A DNA stretch of 64,000 nucleotides, taken from an uncultured archaeon (lineage in GTDB: Archaea > Nanobdellota > Nanobdellia > Pacearchaeales > GW2011-AR1). The notes beneath the pieces were generated by a model. It made no database searches. It was not told where the DNA came from and saw nothing but the letters and a program-made list of their open reading frames with translations. Below are positions 11,201 through 19,321 of this stretch, piece after piece (the stretch's first letter is position 1; every line of letters starts with the position of its first letter). The position numbers were made by a program, and so were the translations under genes. The stretch is from the NCBI GenBank assembly GCA_902385625.1, contig CABMGE010000019.1:1831-65830 (forward strand), in the 5' to 3' direction.

Positions 11201-12149
11201 CATAATTTCTTAAAAATCCGCTTGAAGAAACATTATAATTATCTTGAATATCTCGGGTGGTTATATTGATAATACAGGTTCCAGATTGATTTTGCTGAAA
11301 TATTTTATTTTGACAATCAGAAACATTAATATCAAGTGCAGCAAAAACAGTGAAGTTAACAAGACTTGCATAATAAGTTGTTCGGTTCCTGTTATAATTT
11401 GTTTCACAAAAACCAGAAATACAGGTATAATTTGCTCCATTATCAGTTACAGATATATTTGCAATATAATAAAACCCTACATCATTTCTAGATGCATTCA
11501 GATTAATCATTGATGAAGTATTTGTAACATTCAAAAACATAAAAAGTGTACAGTTTGTCCTAGTGCTCCAAGGTGCAAGAGAACAGTTAAGAAAACTTGC
11601 ATTAAAATACAATGGATAATGCATTTCTTCATCAGAGGCATTTACATAAACTATTGAATTCTGACCTTGTGTAAAATTATAAGAGCTGTTTATAGATGTG
11701 AATACAGGAGCATCATTTGTAGCATTTACAATAAAATAAAAAAGTCTTATTGATCCTTGAGTAGTCTGGTCAACTACCTTAATAGAAAGATTAAACGCTC
11801 CAGTTTGATTATCATTAGTAGCATTTATAGTAAGTAGCCCTGTGGAAGAATTTAAGTTTATCCAAGTATAATAGGAGATATTTGCCTTTGTTGGATACAT
11901 GCTTGAGTTTACGTATTCAATTGAAAAAGTCCATATTTCATTTGAAGTTCCATTTGTTACATTTGAACTAAAGTTATATAAAAATAATGGCGACTGATCC
12001 TCACTAAGACGAGAAATTGTCTGTTCAACAATAAAACTAGGAGCAGCATACACTAAAAGAACCCAAACTATTCCAAGAATAATTCCTGCCAAAATAAGTA
12101 CCGTAAGTTTACTATTTTTACTGCATCTCTTTTTTCCCATATTTATCAT
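8211..12149 (-). CDS. Large cell-surface protein with tandem Ig/cadherin-like repeats and C-terminal TM anchor
   Basis: Signal/anchor at the N-terminus, repeated N-x-(A/P)P...(A/S)xDxD/E modules, very many N-x-S/T sequons, VPVPQSG8 linker, C-terminal TM followed by RRRR. Confidence 0.8.
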   Translation of the reverse strand: MINMGKKRCSKNSKLTVLILAGIILGIVWVLLVYAAPSFIVEQTISRLSEDQSPLFLYNFSSNVTNGTSNEIWTFSIEYVNSSMYPTKANISYYTWINLNSSTGLLTINATNDNQTGAFNLSIKVVDQTTQGSIRLFYFIVNATNDAPVFTSINSSYNFTQGQNSIVYVNASDEEMHYPLYFNASFLNCSLAPWSTRTNCTLFMFLNVTNTSSMINLNASRNDVGFYYIANISVTDNGANYTCISGFCETNYNRNRTTYYASLVNFTVFAALDINVSDCQNKIFQQNQSGTCIINITTRDIQDNYNVSSSGFLRNYAATVANSSWFYYFNQSTSVNYSTSIMINTTPQVTEVGNWTINFTLWDINFSQSLMIPINVYVNKTINFAPIISPISNQTTSINSSISIPVNVYDDDMLIPDKNMIAGGYNETLNFSAGIFNQSNLNQNLTINGFYNLSVRITNMPVLGSNLTTALILFTPNMTSYGNFTINLSATDRRGISDSRLFNISILNNRPPNWTDVNTNIILHEHIAAYFNFSMNVTSPDGNQINFSYSSDTSFPSFSIGASTGVVSFTPLDTDVGQHLVTITAKDPYYSVLRTFNFTVYNVNETPYIERPIQQSDVINAIVDSNSNINTVEDDPIMVNLWIQDSDLAIPSGQKIFYDERVNINLLIQGANTTLFNFVRDNSFPTPGNNRSKFYASFTPRKADIGSYNITITAVDNSGLSSSIGFNLTVSEIAHVPVIMNLTNITTAVDRSIYYMINATDVEDGNSGTPGNTNFLFRYNFLNGSDFINNNQSIFNTTTGELNITFNSLQGGSYRINISVNDSTNRIDSKTFWIYVYDFPSLISPPSSFKFNFFENVSYNITFKVNHSMANNLTYLILIKNQTLNNASNTVLYNRSFYGNSSNLTINFNPDFMNETYSTKNLTLIAYPSDNLLENATDMNLTVDFELNINHTDYPLTFFSNIGGSKAIISGGSPQTIILSDFFSDIDASDSFYNQPVRFGYNLISSSGSPITVEIVNWLNGTIPTMTFSSASDASSTYTVTGYEYNQSNSSQIIRNVTSNSFGINLSFSTVLVPVPQSGGGGGGGGGTPIILKIITPGIVSAYQKQKVSVPITLANNGKTSLHGIKISSIGFKDGKADQVVQTSLDRDSFDSLDIGKKEQFTLTFMINSNKTGNYEILLNASSDRPAYSDWAKIYVNLQRINDSDIKKYILFTEEFIVQNPNCLELKEEVDQAKSYFEDGDYLNARLKAEEVVNACKDHVSQVSLPRPESPLKKGFNNYYFFAACIVAFLLGLVYYYMRRRRIREASLKFYS

Positions 12150-12325
12150 TCTTTCACCCCTTTTTCCATTTTTCTCAAAAAATCAAAAACAGCAATATCA
12201 ATAAATTGTTTTTTATTTGTAAATTTTAATCGATTCTCTTCTTTTCCAATAAAATCCTCTACCTCACGAAGTAGTTTTGTATCTATTTTTACAACAGTTC
12301 CTGCCTCTTTTAGTTTATTCACCAT
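12146..12325 (-). CDS. Ribbon-helix-helix (CopG/Arc-like) DNA-binding protein, 59 aa, not in the ORF track
   Basis: Translated by hand: MVNKLKEAGTVVKIDTKLLREVEDFIGKEENRLKFTNKKQFIDIAVFDFLRKMEKGVKE. Its TGA overlaps the ATG of the surface protein (ATGA). Confidence 0.7.
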   Translation of the reverse strand: MVNKLKEAGTVVKIDTKLLREVEDFIGKEENRLKFTNKKQFIDIAVFDFLRKMEKGVKE

Positions 12326-12373
12326 CTTTTCTATAATTATATAAAATTAATCATATATAAATTCAATTATATA

Positions 12374-12410
12374 AGTTACTTTAGGTTACTATAAATAACC
12401 TTTAGTAACT
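12374..12410. promoter_or_regulatory. Imperfect inverted repeat upstream of the RHH gene, putative operator
   Basis: AGTTACTTTAGGTTA-ctataaa-TAACCTTTAGTAACT, 13 of 15 positions complementary. Confidence 0.5.
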
Positions 12411-12482
12411 ATTTAAAGGTTTTGTAGAGCCATTTTCTAGATAAATCTTCATAATTTTACTATTTTTTCTCGCAAAGCGATT

Positions 12483-13262
12483 TTAATACTGATAAAAAAC
12501 AACAAGTCTGCCATAATTATCCCTCATAAAAAACCTATCCCCAAGATCATTCCATACTTCAGTACCAGTTTTAGTCTTATACTCTTTAATTTCTCCAGCC
12601 AAAAGATTATCTAAATTAAAAAAATGATTTGCATCATCTTTCACAAGCCAGCCATCTAAATTACACTCAAAATCACAGTTATTTTTTATAATAAAATATT
12701 CAGGAGCATTAAACTCGAGTTTAACAAGACTGATGCAAAAAGCGCATTTATCAGAACTTTTCATCCATAATCCAATTCCATTTTGTCTTGCAAATTTTTC
12801 AGCAGTTTCAAATTTGTCCTTATAATCCAAATCATCAAGCATAAATGTAGTTGCAAATCCATTCTCAACAATTTCCACATTAATCATCCTATCCCCATAA
12901 AAAATATACCTAAGCTTTCTGCCATATTTATCAACATCCTCTTTATCTTTTAGTATTTCAACACTTTTATTTTCAATTTCATGGATTAAAAAATTCTTAG
13001 CTTCATTATAATAAGGTTTATTCTTCTCAGGAGTATTTATCCCAAGAAGACGTATTGTTTCATCAGCCCCATTAACGCGAGCATGAATAGTGTCTCCATC
13101 TACAACACGGGTTACAAAAACAGTTTCTTTTACAAAGTTAGAATTTTCATTATTATTGGATAATTGACTTACTTTCCCAGTTAAAGAAGGCCAGTAAATA
13201 GAAAGCAAAGCAAGTAAAATAACTATGAGCAACAATATTCCAAGTCTTTTTATGAGGCCCAT
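12483..13262 (-). CDS. Membrane-anchored thermonuclease (SNase) with C-terminal lamin-tail-like domain
   Basis: N-terminal TM, VDGDT, RLLGINTPE, DKYGR; C-terminal EYFIIKN...LDGW...VWNDLGD. Confidence 0.85.
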   Translation of the reverse strand: MGLIKRLGILLLIVILLALLSIYWPSLTGKVSQLSNNNENSNFVKETVFVTRVVDGDTIHARVNGADETIRLLGINTPEKNKPYYNEAKNFLIHEIENKSVEILKDKEDVDKYGRKLRYIFYGDRMINVEIVENGFATTFMLDDLDYKDKFETAEKFARQNGIGLWMKSSDKCAFCISLVKLEFNAPEYFIIKNNCDFECNLDGWLVKDDANHFFNLDNLLAGEIKEYKTKTGTEVWNDLGDRFFMRDNYGRLVVFYQY

Positions 13263-13407
13263 ATCAGATTAATTCTACTTTTAATTAAAAATCTTGCTAT
13301 AGTAAGCTTTTTAAACATACTTTGTAATAATATTTTGTTAAAACGCTAGGTAGGTTAGGGGAGGCAGAAAAATCTGCACAAATTAACTAACTTATCTTAT
13401 AACGAAA

Positions 13408-13719
13408 ATGGCATCAAAAGTAAGAATAAAATTAAGAAGTATGAAGATCGAAGAATTAAACAAAATCTGCGATCAAATTAAAGACATAGCTAGTAAAGCA
13501 GGCATACCTATTTCAGGACCTATTCCTCTTCCAACTAAAAAACTTAAAATAACAACAAGAAAATCACCTTGTGGTAACGGAACAGCTACTTTTGATAACT
13601 TTGAAATGAGAATTCACTCAAGAGTCATTGACCTTCCATCAGATGATCGAGTTCTTCATGCAATAATGAGATTATATGTTCCAAGAGATGTTACAATCAA
13701 GATTGAGATGAAAGAATAA
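13408..13719 (+). CDS. rps10: 30S ribosomal protein uS10
   Basis: RIKLRS, GPIPLPTK, TRKSPCGNG, FEMRIHSRVID. Confidence 0.97.
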   Translation: MASKVRIKLRSMKIEELNKICDQIKDIASKAGIPISGPIPLPTKKLKITTRKSPCGNGTATFDNFEMRIHSRVIDLPSDDRVLHAIMRLYVPRDVTIKIEMKE

Positions 13720-13783
13720 TTTCAATTGAGTATACTTTTTATTCTATAAAAACTTATAAACAATAAGAAATAATATTTCTTAA

Positions 13784-14187
13784 ATGAAAGAGAATAATTT
13801 AGCTTCAAGACTATTTGCATACATAACAGACTTTGGAGATATAAAGTTTTGCAGAGGATATAATATTTTTTTAAAAGAATTCTTCAACAAAAAAGCCAGG
13901 AATATTATAACCAGATCCTAACAACAAGAAAATACACAGATATTGCAGTAAATAGCCTGTGTAATATTTCAGATTCTCTTTCACTAACGATTGCAATAAG
14001 CACTCAAAGATTAACCCCTTTGTTAATGATTCCAGTAACTGAATTATTCAGATTAAATATTCACTCCTATTCAAAAAAAGAAAAAGGAATTTTAACTGAA
14101 ATGAAAAAAGATGAAATATCATTCTGCAAATACGAGTCTCTTGAGGAAATTCAAAAAGAGTATTACAAAAGAAAAATGTCTCCCTAA
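13784..14187 (+). pseudogene. Frameshifted ORF of unknown function (45-aa ORF plus 107 codons open in the -1 frame)
   Basis: The ATG 13784 frame stops at 13921. The -1 frame is open 13864-14187. The overlap contains T7A4 (T TTA AAA, 13870-13876). Confidence 0.45.
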
Positions 14188-14540
14188 TTTTCTTCTTCAA
14201 GAGTTCCAAACATATTTCCGCTTTTTTCAAGATTTTTTATCATCTCTCGATTTTCAGGAATCTCTTTTTTTTGTTTTACAAGAACTGCTCTCGCATGAAT
14301 AAATGCCTTGCATAATTTCAAATTAGCAGGACACTGTTTTTCACATGCTTTGCATAAGGTACAATCATAAATAATTTTTTCAATGGATTCGTCTGAGAGC
14401 ATCATTGCCTTTCCTCTAGGAGAGTATTGCTCTTCTTTTAACTCCCTTAAAACAGGACATAAACTTCTGCATAAACCGCATTTTATGCATCCTCCAACTA
14501 TTTCTCTTATCTCTTCTTTTGCATTTTCAGATTCAATCAT
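14184..14540 (-). CDS. 2x[4Fe-4S] ferredoxin-like subunit (GlcF/GlpC N-terminal type)
   Basis: CIKCGLCRSLCP and CTLCKACEKQCP; start at ATG 14540 after an AAGGAGGG SD, overlapping the upstream stop. Confidence 0.85.
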   Translation of the reverse strand: MIESENAKEEIREIVGGCIKCGLCRSLCPVLRELKEEQYSPRGKAMMLSDESIEKIIYDCTLCKACEKQCPANLKLCKAFIHARAVLVKQKKEIPENREMIKNLEKSGNMFGTLEEEN

Positions 14541-16200
14541 TTGATCTTCCCTCCTTATTGCTATTGTTATTAGAAAATCCTTTTCCAAAACGGTTTGTCA
14601 TAATCTTATTTATCGCGTCCCTGTCAGATTCACTGGTTCTGGGCTTATTTGAATTATCACTAAATCTATTCTCAGTTTTTTTATCAATACTTGCAGGTGG
14701 TTCTTTACTTAATCCCTGCTTATCAGAGGGATTATACTTATTATTCATAATTTTATTTATCAAATTATAATCAACTGAAGATTTTGGCCTGGGCCTTTCC
14801 TCAATAGGATCAGTTTTAACTGTCTCCTTTACTTCAGGTTTATAAAATTCTTCTTTTTTTGTTTCAGTAATATTTTCTTTTGAAACTTCTTTTATAAAAG
14901 CATGCATTTTTTCTTCAGGACTGTCAGAATTTTCAAATCCATTGGATTTTGGAGTACTTATCTCTACAGTATTTTTTACAAGTTCACGGGCGCTTTTTTC
15001 TTCTAAAGGGCTAGGTTTTATTTCCATTATTTTTTCTTTAACTCCTGGAGTCATAGAATACCTTTTGCCAGAAGACATTTCGCCAATGAGTTTTCCACGA
15101 TTCATCCTGGCATAAGGATCATGTCTCAACTTTACCCTCTGAATTATAGTCATATCAAAAGGATCAACAAAATACTTTCTTACAATACCAATTCCAAATT
15201 TTCCAGGTTTTCCCTGAGAAGTGCGAATAAAATCAACTACCCTCTCTCTTTTTGATTTTTCATCATCGCGAAAAAAAGGATGAATTATTCCAGAACCAAG
15301 ATTACCAATATAAGGAATATCTGACGCCTCAAGGAAATTCAAAAATTCTCTTATCTTATCAAAAAAGAATTTTGGGTCTTCCATGTTATAATATCCTTCA
15401 GAAGCCAGACCATAATATGCTCTTTTTTCCAGATTCAAAACTTTTTCATATTCTGCTCCAGTTACTTTTCCTCTCTTCTCTGAATCAAATTCAATTATAA
15501 GATTATATTTTTCAGGAAGTCCAAGTAGTTTAGAAGTATACTTGGAAAATAGCTTTAATTTAATAACTTCTTTTTCTGCTTTTAATCTTCTTGCAACAGA
15601 CAATACTTCATCAATATTATCAGATTGATAAACAGAAATACTTCGTTTTACTAAAGGAATAACCCTAAGTTTAGCAGAAACAATAATTCCAGTAATTCCC
15701 TCCATTCCACAAACCTCTCCAATATCTGCTTTGGTTGCTTTAATAAATTCACCCTTTCCATCAATATATTCTACTCCATCAACCCAGTCTTTCATTGTCC
15801 CATATTTCATGCTTCTGTCACCTGTAGAGTTAGTGGCAATCATTCCGCCAATAGTAGATATTCCTTGATTATAAACATCAATTGGAAATTCATATCCCCT
15901 AGAACTTAATTTTTCATTAAGTTCCCGAATAGTTATTCCAGCTTCAACTTTAACCACTCTTTTTCCAGAGTTAAATTCTAGTACCTTGTTCATCTTAGTC
16001 ATATCAACAACAACTGAGTTATTTGGAACAACACCTCCAACAAGCCCGCTTCCAGCCCCTCTTGGAACAATATCAGTTGCAGGAGTCTTGATAATATCCT
16101 CTACTTCCCGAACATCTTTTGGAAATACAACTCTCTCAGCAATTCCCTTTATTCTTGATGCATCAGTACTATAGCTAACTAATTCTTTTTTTGTTACCAT
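14533..16200 (-). CDS. FAD-binding oxidoreductase (GlcD/D-lactate dehydrogenase-like) with low-complexity C-terminal extension
   Basis: PRGAGSGLVGG, TIGGMIATNSTG, GMEGITGII, DP...NRGK, followed by ~180 aa of charged extension. Confidence 0.85.
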   Translation of the reverse strand: MVTKKELVSYSTDASRIKGIAERVVFPKDVREVEDIIKTPATDIVPRGAGSGLVGGVVPNNSVVVDMTKMNKVLEFNSGKRVVKVEAGITIRELNEKLSSRGYEFPIDVYNQGISTIGGMIATNSTGDRSMKYGTMKDWVDGVEYIDGKGEFIKATKADIGEVCGMEGITGIIVSAKLRVIPLVKRSISVYQSDNIDEVLSVARRLKAEKEVIKLKLFSKYTSKLLGLPEKYNLIIEFDSEKRGKVTGAEYEKVLNLEKRAYYGLASEGYYNMEDPKFFFDKIREFLNFLEASDIPYIGNLGSGIIHPFFRDDEKSKRERVVDFIRTSQGKPGKFGIGIVRKYFVDPFDMTIIQRVKLRHDPYARMNRGKLIGEMSSGKRYSMTPGVKEKIMEIKPSPLEEKSARELVKNTVEISTPKSNGFENSDSPEEKMHAFIKEVSKENITETKKEEFYKPEVKETVKTDPIEERPRPKSSVDYNLINKIMNNKYNPSDKQGLSKEPPASIDKKTENRFSDNSNKPRTSESDRDAINKIMTNRFGKGFSNNNSNKEGRSND

Positions 16201-17093
16201 TATTCATCCTCCTCAGAATCTTCATAATCCTCTTCTGAATCATCTTCAATTTCTTCTTCCATTTTAATATTTGCCTCAGTCTCAATCAAAACTTCCTCAG
16301 AATCTTCTTCTTCAGAATCTTCTGAAACATTCTCTACAGCTTCTTGTAATTTTTCTGTAATTCCAAGTGCAATTCCCAAAGCTTCTCCAAGTTCAAGTAC
16401 TTCAATACCAGATTCATTTGAATTTTTACGAATAAGATCATATTCTTCAAAAGAACATACAATTAGTTTTTTTGCACCAGTTCTTTTTGCTTGTAAAAGT
16501 TTTTCTTTGGCAATTTTATCTGCGAGTTCAGGATTAGTTCTGGTAAGTCCTCCGCAACTTCCAGAGCAAATACTCTCAGCCTTAGAGTTATACATCTCAT
16601 TAATTTTATACCCCATTAATTTAATTATTTTTCTAGGTTCATCATATATCTCACAATGTCTTCCAAGATAGCAGGAATCTTGAAAGGTTACAATTTCATC
16701 AAACTTGTTTTTTATTAAATCAGGATCGTTTTCAAGTTTTGAAAGAATCATTCTCCAAACATTTTTAGGCTCAATATTCCAGTCCGGAAGCATTTCAGGA
16801 TATTCATATAAAAACATTTTATAAGAAGAAGGAGAATTAGTTATAATGCTTGTAATTTGCTGTTCTTTAAATATCTCAAAATTCCTTCTTGCAAGTTTTC
16901 TTGCTTCAGAATCATATCCTGCTTCCAGTGATTCAATACCTGAATTAATATTCTTGTCAATTATCTTAAAATCAATCCCAAGTCTTGAAAATATCTTTTG
17001 ATAAACAAGAAAACTATCCCTATGCTTAAAATAAGTATAGTCTCCAGGATAATAAAGCGTGTTGCTTCTTTTAAATATTGAAAATAACCCCAT
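16200..17093 (-). CDS. CCG-domain (GlpC/HdrD C-terminal-like) Fe-S protein, degenerate, with acidic tail
   Basis: FQDSCYLGRH, YDEPR, ICSGSCGG; the first CCG repeat lacks its cysteines. Confidence 0.8.
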   Translation of the reverse strand: MGLFSIFKRSNTLYYPGDYTYFKHRDSFLVYQKIFSRLGIDFKIIDKNINSGIESLEAGYDSEARKLARRNFEIFKEQQITSIITNSPSSYKMFLYEYPEMLPDWNIEPKNVWRMILSKLENDPDLIKNKFDEIVTFQDSCYLGRHCEIYDEPRKIIKLMGYKINEMYNSKAESICSGSCGGLTRTNPELADKIAKEKLLQAKRTGAKKLIVCSFEEYDLIRKNSNESGIEVLELGEALGIALGITEKLQEAVENVSEDSEEEDSEEVLIETEANIKMEEEIEDDSEEDYEDSEEDE

Positions 17094-17199
17094 TTTATTA
17101 TTATGACCTCTGTAAAATATACAAAAAGCCCCACTTTTAAACTATATATATACTGTTAAGAATATTTTAGAGAACATAGATTATTGGGTATCTTCACAT

Positions 17200-17604
17200 T
17201 TATCTTTGCTTAAAATAATTCCCCACATATCTCCTAACATCATCCCACAATCTTAGTACCTCAGGATTATAATCTGATTCATCATAGCCAGGAATAACCT
17301 GAAATGCAAGAGCCTCAAAATTAGAAGTATCCTCTTGTCTTGAAATAAGACAATTAAAACCATCAAAAGCACTATTGTCACTTCTGGTTATCATTCCTGC
17401 TAAATCAACAGTTCCTCTTTGATTAAAAAATTCTCCTTTTTTAACTAAAGACTCGCCAACACTCTGATGATAACCTGCATGATAATTTGCTCTTCCAGGA
17501 AGATTTTTGCATATATAATCAATTAATTCCTGAGTTTCTTCAAACCCTATTGGTTCTGGAAACCCAATTGCTGCTTTTTTCCAAATTTCTCGAATATTTC
17601 CCAT
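17200..17604 (-). CDS. Hypothetical protein
   Basis: 134-aa ORF with TATA-like TTTATATA ~25 nt upstream. Confidence 0.55.
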   Translation of the reverse strand: MGNIREIWKKAAIGFPEPIGFEETQELIDYICKNLPGRANYHAGYHQSVGESLVKKGEFFNQRGTVDLAGMITRSDNSAFDGFNCLISRQEDTSNFEALAFQVIPGYDESDYNPEVLRLWDDVRRYVGNYFKQR

Positions 17605-17706
17605 TAAATAAGATAAAGCTTGAATACTATATAAAAATTATTGAACTATAGAAGATAAAAGATTCTTCTCTATTCCTGAACAGTAAACCGTGTTTCACTT
17701 ATTAAA

Positions 17707-17834
17707 TCATCAAATCCTTCGGATTTGTACTCCGCACTTTAGTGTGGAGTTTGTTTTGGATTTGATGAGACAGGACTAAAATCCAAGCGAGAGCTTGCCA
17801 CACTATGAAGGATGTGGTTAGATTTTTGGCCTGT
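17707..17834 (+). other. Highly structured intergenic element (candidate ncRNA or IS200/IS605-derived palindromic remnant)
   Basis: At least 5 helices visible, including CAAATCC-ttc-GGATTTG, ACTCCGCAC-ttta-GTGTGGAGT and CAAGC-gaga-GCTTG. Confidence 0.5.
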
Positions 17835-17836
17835 AT

Positions 17837-18601
17837 CTACAATCTCATAAGAGAGCTAGGACTTTCTCTTTCAGAAACTAAAATCCTTGGACTAAAATTT
17901 TTCTTCTCTTTTAAAATATTAAAACTTTCAAGTGCAGCCTGAGGAGTATTATTATTCTTACTAAGGTGTGAAAGAATAAGATACCTGAGTTTTGAATTTG
18001 CATTTTCAAGAACACACAATGCAGATTGGCTGTTTGAAAGATGCCCTATATCACTTTTTATCCATTTTTTCAAAAAATACGGATAAGGTCCGTTTTCAAG
18101 CATGGTTTCATCATAATTTGATTCCAAAAATAAAGCATCTGAGTCACTTACATTGGCAATTACATTTTCACATGCAAAACCAACATCAGTAATTATTGAT
18201 ATTTTCTTTCCATTTGAAACATTAAAAGAAACAGGATCACTTGCTTTATGAGACTTTGAAAAAGCCTCCACCCTCATTCCACCAATGCTAAAAGATTCGT
18301 CATTTTTTATAATATTTATCATATCAGAGTCAGAGCATAAATTACAACTTTCAGAAGTTTTCTTTGTTGCAAAAATAGGAACATTAAACTTTCTTGTAAA
18401 AACATCAGCACCCCTTATGTGATCTGAATGCTCATGAGTAATAAATATGGCCTTTACATTTTCAGGTTTTTTTCCAATAGAAGATAATCTTTCAAAAATC
18501 TGTTTTGCAGAAATTCCTGCATCAATAAGAACTGCATTTCCGCTATTCTCAACATAAAAGCAGTTTCCAGATGATCCAGATGCAAGTGCACAAAATTCCA
18601 T
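17837..18601 (-). CDS. MBL-fold metallo-hydrolase (YycJ/WalJ/PhnP-like)
   Basis: LASGSSGN, THEHSDHIRG, ESNYD, GHLSN, LSHLS. Confidence 0.9.
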   Translation of the reverse strand: MEFCALASGSSGNCFYVENSGNAVLIDAGISAKQIFERLSSIGKKPENVKAIFITHEHSDHIRGADVFTRKFNVPIFATKKTSESCNLCSDSDMINIIKNDESFSIGGMRVEAFSKSHKASDPVSFNVSNGKKISIITDVGFACENVIANVSDSDALFLESNYDETMLENGPYPYFLKKWIKSDIGHLSNSQSALCVLENANSKLRYLILSHLSKNNNTPQAALESFNILKEKKNFSPRILVSERESPSSLMRL

Positions 18602-18659
18602 ATCCTCTTTTATTATTCACCTTTTATAATAAGCAATAGAAAATTGGGTTTAAAAGCTT

Positions 18660-19241
18660 TTAATAATTCAAAAAATAAACATTACAATCCATCATTTTTT
18701 TATAGAATTCATAATCAGGAGATTCTTCTCTTGCTACAATAAAAATCTTCCCAAGGCCTTCCCAAAAAGTAAACCATCCTGCAGGCTGGGAAATTATAAA
18801 TAAAAAATCAAAAAAGACTCTGAGATAAGTGTTAGTTAAATTACCCTTGAATTCAAACAAAAAAGTGCTTATTACAAGAATAATAGATCCTATAAAAAAC
18901 CAAAGTAAACCCTCTCGTTTTATTCTTTTAATTATCTTATGTTCTTCTCTGAAATGTTTTTTAAAATGCTCTTTTAATCTTTTTTTAATAATTCCTTCTT
19001 CACGCATATTTCTCTTATTTGCAGGTATAAGAAGTCTTAACTCTGTAATTCCGCCCTTGTCTCTCACAGCCTTTTTACATTCAAAAATAAAATCATCAGA
19101 AAGTCCTCTTGAGGCATAGGGTCTTGGATCAAAATCAGAAAAAAGATCATCATAAGAATCAAGAACAAGGCTTATATTACCTTCTCTTACTTTAAGTGAT
19201 TCCTCAATTACATCTTCTCTTAACTCCTCTTTTGTTTCCAT
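18660..19241 (-). CDS. Hypothetical membrane protein
   Basis: Soluble N-terminus plus two C-terminal hydrophobic helices. Confidence 0.6.
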   Translation of the reverse strand: METKEELREDVIEESLKVREGNISLVLDSYDDLFSDFDPRPYASRGLSDDFIFECKKAVRDKGGITELRLLIPANKRNMREEGIIKKRLKEHFKKHFREEHKIIKRIKREGLLWFFIGSIILVISTFLFEFKGNLTNTYLRVFFDFLFIISQPAGWFTFWEGLGKIFIVAREESPDYEFYKKMMDCNVYFLNY

Positions 19242-19321
19242 AAGAAAAAAAAAGCAAAATAAGTTTATAAGTTTAACTAATTTTTTTAAGGACTAAAAGT
19301 TATCTAATCAAGAACTATTAT

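Noticed and set aside
17758-17790. Hammerhead-like string TTGATGAG...TAAA
   Set aside because: The essential CUGA and GAAA cores are not matched (UUGA, UAAA) and stem II cannot form properly.
17707-17834. Possible SRP RNA or RNase P RNA
   Set aside because: No RNase P GAGGAAAGUCC/P4 signature and no SRP helix 8 motif, and the element is too short.
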